Shown: positions 57,476 through 64,000 of the stretch, in pieces | Layout: every line of letters starts with the position of its first letter | Position numbering within the stretch: the stretch's first letter is position 1 | Source: Capsulimonadaceae bacterium | Lineage (GTDB): Bacteria > Armatimonadota > Armatimonadia > Armatimonadales > Capsulimonadaceae | NCBI GenBank assembly: GCA_965215505.1 | Contig: OZ244065.1 | Span: 1,984,001 to 2,048,000 of the forward strand | Direction of reading: 5' to 3' | Length of the DNA stretch: 64,000 bases | Notes under the pieces: generated by a model | Seen by the model: only the letters and a program-made list of their open reading frames with translations | What the model was told of the DNA's origin: nothing | Database searches by the model: none | Made by a program: the position numbers and the translations under genes

Positions 57476-60400
57476 TCAGATCGCCGACGCGGATTCGCTG
57501 TCAATCGTCGGCTCGTCCACGCCGCCGACGAGATGCTCACGCTCGGCCAGCAGGGAAAGGCTCTCGCCCGCCGTGCCGGTGGCCTCGCGGATGACGGCCA
57601 GGTCCTCGTCGTCCAGGTCGCGGTCCAGGGTGGCCGTGCCGTTCCCATTCCCGTTCGTCCGGCCCGCGCCGACCTGGGCGTACCGGTTCGCGGAGTCGAT
57701 GCCTTCCAGCTTCGGCTCCAGGTTGCGGTACTGCGGCAGGCCCGTCCCAGCCGGGATGAGACGCCCGATGATGACGTTCTCCTTCAGGCCGATCAGCGAG
57801 TCCTTCTTGCCGCGCACGGCGGCCTCGGTCAGCACGCGCGTCGTCTTCTGGAACGAAGCCGCCGACAGGAACGAGTCGGTCGCGAGGCTCGCCTCGGTGA
57901 TGCCGAGCAGCAGCCAGTCTGCCGTGGACTCGGTGCCCGGCGGGTCCATCTCCGAGACGCGCTTGTTGGCGTCAATGAACTCGAACTTGTCTACCATCTG
58001 GCCCGGCAGGAACTCCGAGTCCCCCGCGTTCTTGATGCGGCGCTTCCGCAGCATCTGCCGCGCGATAACCTCAATGTGCTTGTCGTTGATGTCCACGCCC
58101 TGCGACTTGTACACGGCCTGGATCTCGCGGACGACGTAGTTCTGCACGCCCCGGATGCCCTGGAGGTCCAGAACCTTCTGTGGGTCGAGCGGGCCTTCCG
58201 TCAGGCGATCGCCCGCCTCGACGATGTCGCCCTGCTTCACCTGGAGCTGGCCGCGGTACGGGACCAGGATGGCCTTGCGGATCTTGATCTCCGCGATCCC
58301 GACTTCCTTGATCTTCTTGATGTGCTTGTCGGTGATCTCCGTCCCCGCCGTCAGCGTCTCGGGAATCTCCGTAGCCCGCTTGGCCGCCGAGGGCGTCATG
58401 CCTTCGGTGTCGGCGTGCGGCCCGAGGTACAGGTCCTCGGCCAATGTCTCCCCGCTCAGGGCGGAGCCGGTGGACTCCTCAATGGGATACGGTGTGTGGA
58501 TGATGACGCGCCGCAGACCCTTCTGCTCGATCTCGGCCACGGTCCCGGAGAACTCGGTGACGATGGCCTGGCCCTTCGGCTTGCGCGCCTCGAACAGCTC
58601 GACGACCCGCAACAGGCCGCCGACCTGGTCTTCCAGCACCTTCAGGACGGCCTGCACGGCACGGACGCGCTCGCGGTCAACGCCGGTCGCGGTCGTCGCC
58701 GCCGACGGCTCTTCCTGCGAGTCCAGCGACACCAACCCGCGCGAGATGTCGTTGTGCAGCTCCTTCAGCGCTTCCTGCTTCCGGGCGCGGACGTTCGCGA
58801 CGCCCGTGAGCTGCTTCTGCGCGATGCCTCCCGAGTGGAAGGTACGCATCGTGAGCTGCGTCCCCGGCTCCCCGATAGACTGGGCGGCGATGATGCCCAC
58901 GGCGACGCCCGGCTCGACCAGCTTGGAGTTCGCCAGGTCCAGCCCATAGCAGCGCGCGCAGATGCCCATGCGAAGCTCGCAGGTGAACGGGCTGCGGACG
59001 CCGACGCGCTTCAGCTTCGCGCCGAACTCGATCTCTTTGGACAGGTCCTGCGTGATCAGCTCGCCCTTGGCGACGACGGTTTCGCCGGCCTTCGGGTGGC
59101 CCTCCGGGTAGAGGATGTCCTCCAAAGCGAAGCGGCCATAGATCCGCAGGTTCAGCGGCTCGACCACCTCGTTGCCGTCCCGGATCTCCTCCTGGTAGAT
59201 GCCAAGCTCCGTGCCGCAGTCGTCGGCACGGACGATGACCTCCTGGGAGACGTCCACCAAACGCCGCGTCAGATAGCCGGCGTCCGCCGTTCGGAGGGCG
59301 GTGTCGGCCAGCCCCTTCCGGGCACCGTGCGTCGAGACGAAGTATTCCAGGACGCTCAGGCCCTCGTGGAAGTTGGACTTCACTGGGAGGTCTTCGATCA
59401 TGTTGCCGAACGGGTCGGACATGACGCCGCGCATCCCCGAGAGCTGCGTGATCTGGCCCCGCGTGCCGCGCGCATTGGAGTCGGTGAACATGAAGATCGG
59501 GTTGGTCGGCTTGATCGTCTCGAAGATCGCCTCGCCGACGTCCTTTGCCGCCTTCTGCCACTGCTCCAGGACGCGCTCCTTGCGCTCGCCGCCCGTGATC
59601 AGGCCGCGCTGGTAGTTCTTGTTCAGGTCCCGCACCGACTTCTCGGTCCGCTCCAGGATCTGGTTGCGTTCTTCAGGCACCTCCATGTCGGTGATCGCGA
59701 CGGTCATGCCTGCCTTGGTCGCCTCCTGGAAGCCCAGCGCCTTCATCTCGTCCAAGAGCTGGATCGTGCGCGAGTCACCGTTCATGCGGTGGCACTGCGC
59801 GATGATCGCGCCCAGGTCCTTCTTGCCGAACCCGTTGCCCTTGAACTCCTTCTTGGCGAACGTATCGTCCAGCATCTTGTAGATGAACGGGTGCATGTTG
59901 TCCGGCATGATGTCCGTGAACAGCATCCGCCCCGCCGTCGTGCGCCGGACCGTCTTGGTGCCGTCCCCATTCGGGAAGGCGACATCCAGCCCTTCCTGCA
60001 AGTCGAGCTGACCGGTCGCGTAGGCGAGCTGTGCGTCGTTCTTGCTGCCGAAGGCATCGAAGCGCGGCTCACCGGGCTTCATCACGGTCAGGAAGTACGC
60101 GCCCAGCACCATGTCCTGGGCCGGTGCCACGATGGGGCGGCCGTCGGCGGGCGAGAACAGGTTGTGCGTGGACAGCATCAGGATGCGCGCCTCGGCCTGC
60201 GCCGAAGCCGACAGCGGCACATGGACCGCCATCTGGTCGCCGTCGAAGTCCGCGTTGAAGGCGGTGCAGACCAGCGGGTGGACTTGAATGGCTTTACCGT
60301 CCACCAGCACCGGCTCGAAGGCCTGGATGCCCAGGCGGTGCAGGGTCGGGGCGCGGTTCAGCAGGACCGGGTGTTCCCGGATGACCTCTTCCAGAGCGTC

Positions 60401-61951
60401 CCAGACTTCCGGCTTGAGCTTGTCGATCATGCGCTTGGCCGTCTTGATGTTGCTCGTGTAGCCGCGCTCGACCAGGGCCTTCATGACGAACGGCTTGAAC
60501 AGCTCGATGGCCATCTCTTTGGGCAGGCCGCACTGGTGCAGCAACAGGCGCGGGCCGACCACGATGACCGACCGGCCCGAGTAGTCCACGCGCTTGCCGA
60601 GCAGGTTCTTGCGGAACCGGCCTTCCTTGCCCTTGAGCATGTCCGACAGCGACTTCAGCGGCCGGTTGTTGGACCCGACCACGGGCCGCGTCCGCCGCCC
60701 GTTGTCAATCAGGGCGTCAACCGCTTCCTGGAGTAGCCGCTTCTCGTGGTTGACGATGCTCTCCGGGGCGCGGATCTCGGTGATCTTCTTCAGCCGGTTG
60801 TTGCGGTTGATGATGCGCCGGTACAGGTCGTTCAGGTCGGACGTGGCGAAGCGCCCGCCGTCGAGCTGCACCATCGGGCGCAGTTCCGGCGAGATCACGG
60901 GCACGGCATCCAGGATCATCCACTCGGGACGAGACTTGGAGTTGATGAACGCCTCGGACACTTCCAGCCGCTTGATGGCCCGCGCCCGGCGCGGCCCCTG
61001 CGTGATCGCGATCTCGGACCGCAGATCGGAAGCCAGCTTCTCCAGGTCAATCTCCTGGAGCAGTTCCTTGACAGCGGCACCACCCAGCCCGGCCCGGACG
61101 ATCTCGCCCTCGGGGTCGTTGAGCCGCAGGTTGCGGTCCAGCTTGTCCGAGAGCATGTCCATCAGCGATTCGAGCTTGCGGTAGTCGTCCTCGGCCAGAA
61201 GCATCCGCTTCTCGACCTTCTCGTCCAGGAGCAGCAGGGCATCGCGCAGGGACTGAATCTGTTCCAGCGAGTCCTTCTCGATGTCCTTGATCTCCTCCTC
61301 CATGTGACGGTTGCGGTCCACGATCCGCGCTTCGTCCCAGGGCGCCCAATCTTCAAGGGGGGCTTCCTCGCCATCTTCCGGCGCATCCGGTGGGGTCTGG
61401 CCCGCCTTGATGTCCGCGCCGGCCTCGACGCGGGCCTGCTCGATGTCTTCTTCCTTCTGGTCTTCCAGCTCGCGGACGCGCTCGTCCAGGGCGACCTTAA
61501 AGGATTCCATCTCGTTGTTGATCCGGCCGCGGTCCACATACGTCACGATATAGGACGCGAAGTACAGTACCTTCTCCAGCGGCCGGGGCGAGATGTCCAG
61601 CAGCAGGGACAGCGGCGAGGGGACGCCCTTCAGATACCAGATGTGGCAGACGGGCGCGGCCAGCTCGATGTGGCCCATGCGCTCGCGCCGGACCTTGGAC
61701 CGCGTGACCTCGACGCCGCAGCGGTCGCAGATGATGCCCTTGAACTTGACCTTCTTATAGCGCCCGCAGTGGCACTCCCAGTCCTTGACCGGGCCGAAGA
61801 TGCGCTCGCAGAACAGGCCGTCGCGCTCCGGCTTGAAGGTTCGGTAGTTGATGGTTTCCGGCTTCTTGACCTCACCGTAAGACCAGTTGCGGATCTCGCC
61901 GGGCGCGGCGATTCCGATGCGAATTTTGTCAAATGCGCTTGCATCCGTCAT
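57476..61951 (-). CDS. rpoC: RNA polymerase beta' subunit
   Basis: [12 protein letters not shown], Zn finger CHCG...[13 protein letters not shown]. Confidence 0.99.
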   Translation of the reverse strand: MTDASAFDKIRIGIAAPGEIRNWSYGEVKKPETINYRTFKPERDGLFCERIFGPVKDWECHCGRYKKVKFKGIICDRCGVEVTRSKVRRERMGHIELAAPVCHIWYLKGVPSPLSLLLDISPRPLEKVLYFASYIVTYVDRGRINNEMESFKVALDERVRELEDQKEEDIEQARVEAGADIKAGQTPPDAPEDGEEAPLEDWAPWDEARIVDRNRHMEEEIKDIEKDSLEQIQSLRDALLLLDEKVEKRMLLAEDDYRKLESLMDMLSDKLDRNLRLNDPEGEIVRAGLGGAAVKELLQEIDLEKLASDLRSEIAITQGPRRARAIKRLEVSEAFINSKSRPEWMILDAVPVISPELRPMVQLDGGRFATSDLNDLYRRIINRNNRLKKITEIRAPESIVNHEKRLLQEAVDALIDNGRRTRPVVGSNNRPLKSLSDMLKGKEGRFRKNLLGKRVDYSGRSVIVVGPRLLLHQCGLPKEMAIELFKPFVMKALVERGYTSNIKTAKRMIDKLKPEVWDALEEVIREHPVLLNRAPTLHRLGIQAFEPVLVDGKAIQVHPLVCTAFNADFDGDQMAVHVPLSASAQAEARILMLSTHNLFSPADGRPIVAPAQDMVLGAYFLTVMKPGEPRFDAFGSKNDAQLAYATGQLDLQEGLDVAFPNGDGTKTVRRTTAGRMLFTDIMPDNMHPFIYKMLDDTFAKKEFKGNGFGKKDLGAIIAQCHRMNGDSRTIQLLDEMKALGFQEATKAGMTVAITDMEVPEERNQILERTEKSVRDLNKNYQRGLITGGERKERVLEQWQKAAKDVGEAIFETIKPTNPIFMFTDSNARGTRGQITQLSGMRGVMSDPFGNMIEDLPVKSNFHEGLSVLEYFVSTHGARKGLADTALRTADAGYLTRRLVDVSQEVIVRADDCGTELGIYQEEIRDGNEVVEPLNLRIYGRFALEDILYPEGHPKAGETVVAKGELITQDLSKEIEFGAKLKRVGVRSPFTCELRMGICARCYGLDLANSKLVEPGVAVGIIAAQSIGEPGTQLTMRTFHSGGIAQKQLTGVANVRARKQEALKELHNDISRGLVSLDSQEEPSAATTATGVDRERVRAVQAVLKVLEDQVGGLLRVVELFEARKPKGQAIVTEFSGTVAEIEQKGLRRVIIHTPYPIEESTGSALSGETLAEDLYLGPHADTEGMTPSAAKRATEIPETLTAGTEITDKHIKKIKEVGIAEIKIRKAILVPYRGQLQVKQGDIVEAGDRLTEGPLDPQKVLDLQGIRGVQNYVVREIQAVYKSQGVDINDKHIEVIARQMLRKRRIKNAGDSEFLPGQMVDKFEFIDANKRVSEMDPPGTESTADWLLLGITEASLATDSFLSAASFQKTTRVLTEAAVRGKKDSLIGLKENVIIGRLIPAGTGLPQYRNLEPKLEGIDSANRYAQVGAGRTNGNGNGTATLDRDLDDEDLAVIREATGTAGESLSLLAEREHLVGGVDEPTIDSESASAI

Positions 61952-61994
61952 GTTTGCTTTGCTCCCTAAACACAATCAGCAGAAAAACCCGATC

Positions 61995-62060
61995 AGGGCA
62001 AACACGAGGTTCGCCCCTACGGGATTGTGTCGGCGGTAGGGGCGAACCTCGTGTCCGCCC
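61995..62060. repeat. Inverted REP doublet (REPIN) between rpoB and rpoC
   Basis: Two inverted copies of GTAGGGGCGAACCTCGTGT(T/C)(T/C)GCCC. Confidence 0.85.
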
Positions 62061-62077
62061 CCCTCTTCAGGCTCATG

Positions 62078-64000
<1,923 letters not shown>

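Overview
High-GC bacterial chromosome segment. The lineage is probably Armatimonadota-like; this is an inference from Terrabacteria-type ribosomal gene order combined with KDO-pathway genes. The right half (about 33.5-64 kb, minus strand) is the core rpoB(partial)-rpoC-str-S10-spc-alpha-truA-rplM-rpsI cluster, followed by a pfkB-family gene, three tatA/B-like genes and secG. The left half holds housekeeping genes (rplU, rne/rng, ftsB-like, pyk, kdsD/kdsC, yajQ, ftsK, pilC, ndh), two GT-C-type membrane glycosyltransferases, a small toxin-antitoxin islet behind ftsK, a PadR operon and several REP-like repeat families. The most unusual observations are: (1) an unannotated tRNA-Glu-like gene with an 8-nt anticodon loop and a bulged T-stem; (2) a SigB/F/G-type sigma factor fused to a catalytically dead GGDEF domain that keeps the RxxD I-site, directly behind a solo pilC; (3) ribosomal protein L22 with an N-terminal domain resembling the S3 KH domain; (4) an 81-bp diverged duplicate of the ftsK 3' end flanking a TA-like pair; (5) a 37-aa GIY-YIG mini-ORF in an operator-controlled three-gene unit; (6) many leaderless promoters. 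No database searches were run. Product calls come from motif recognition, and start sites were adjusted by eye.
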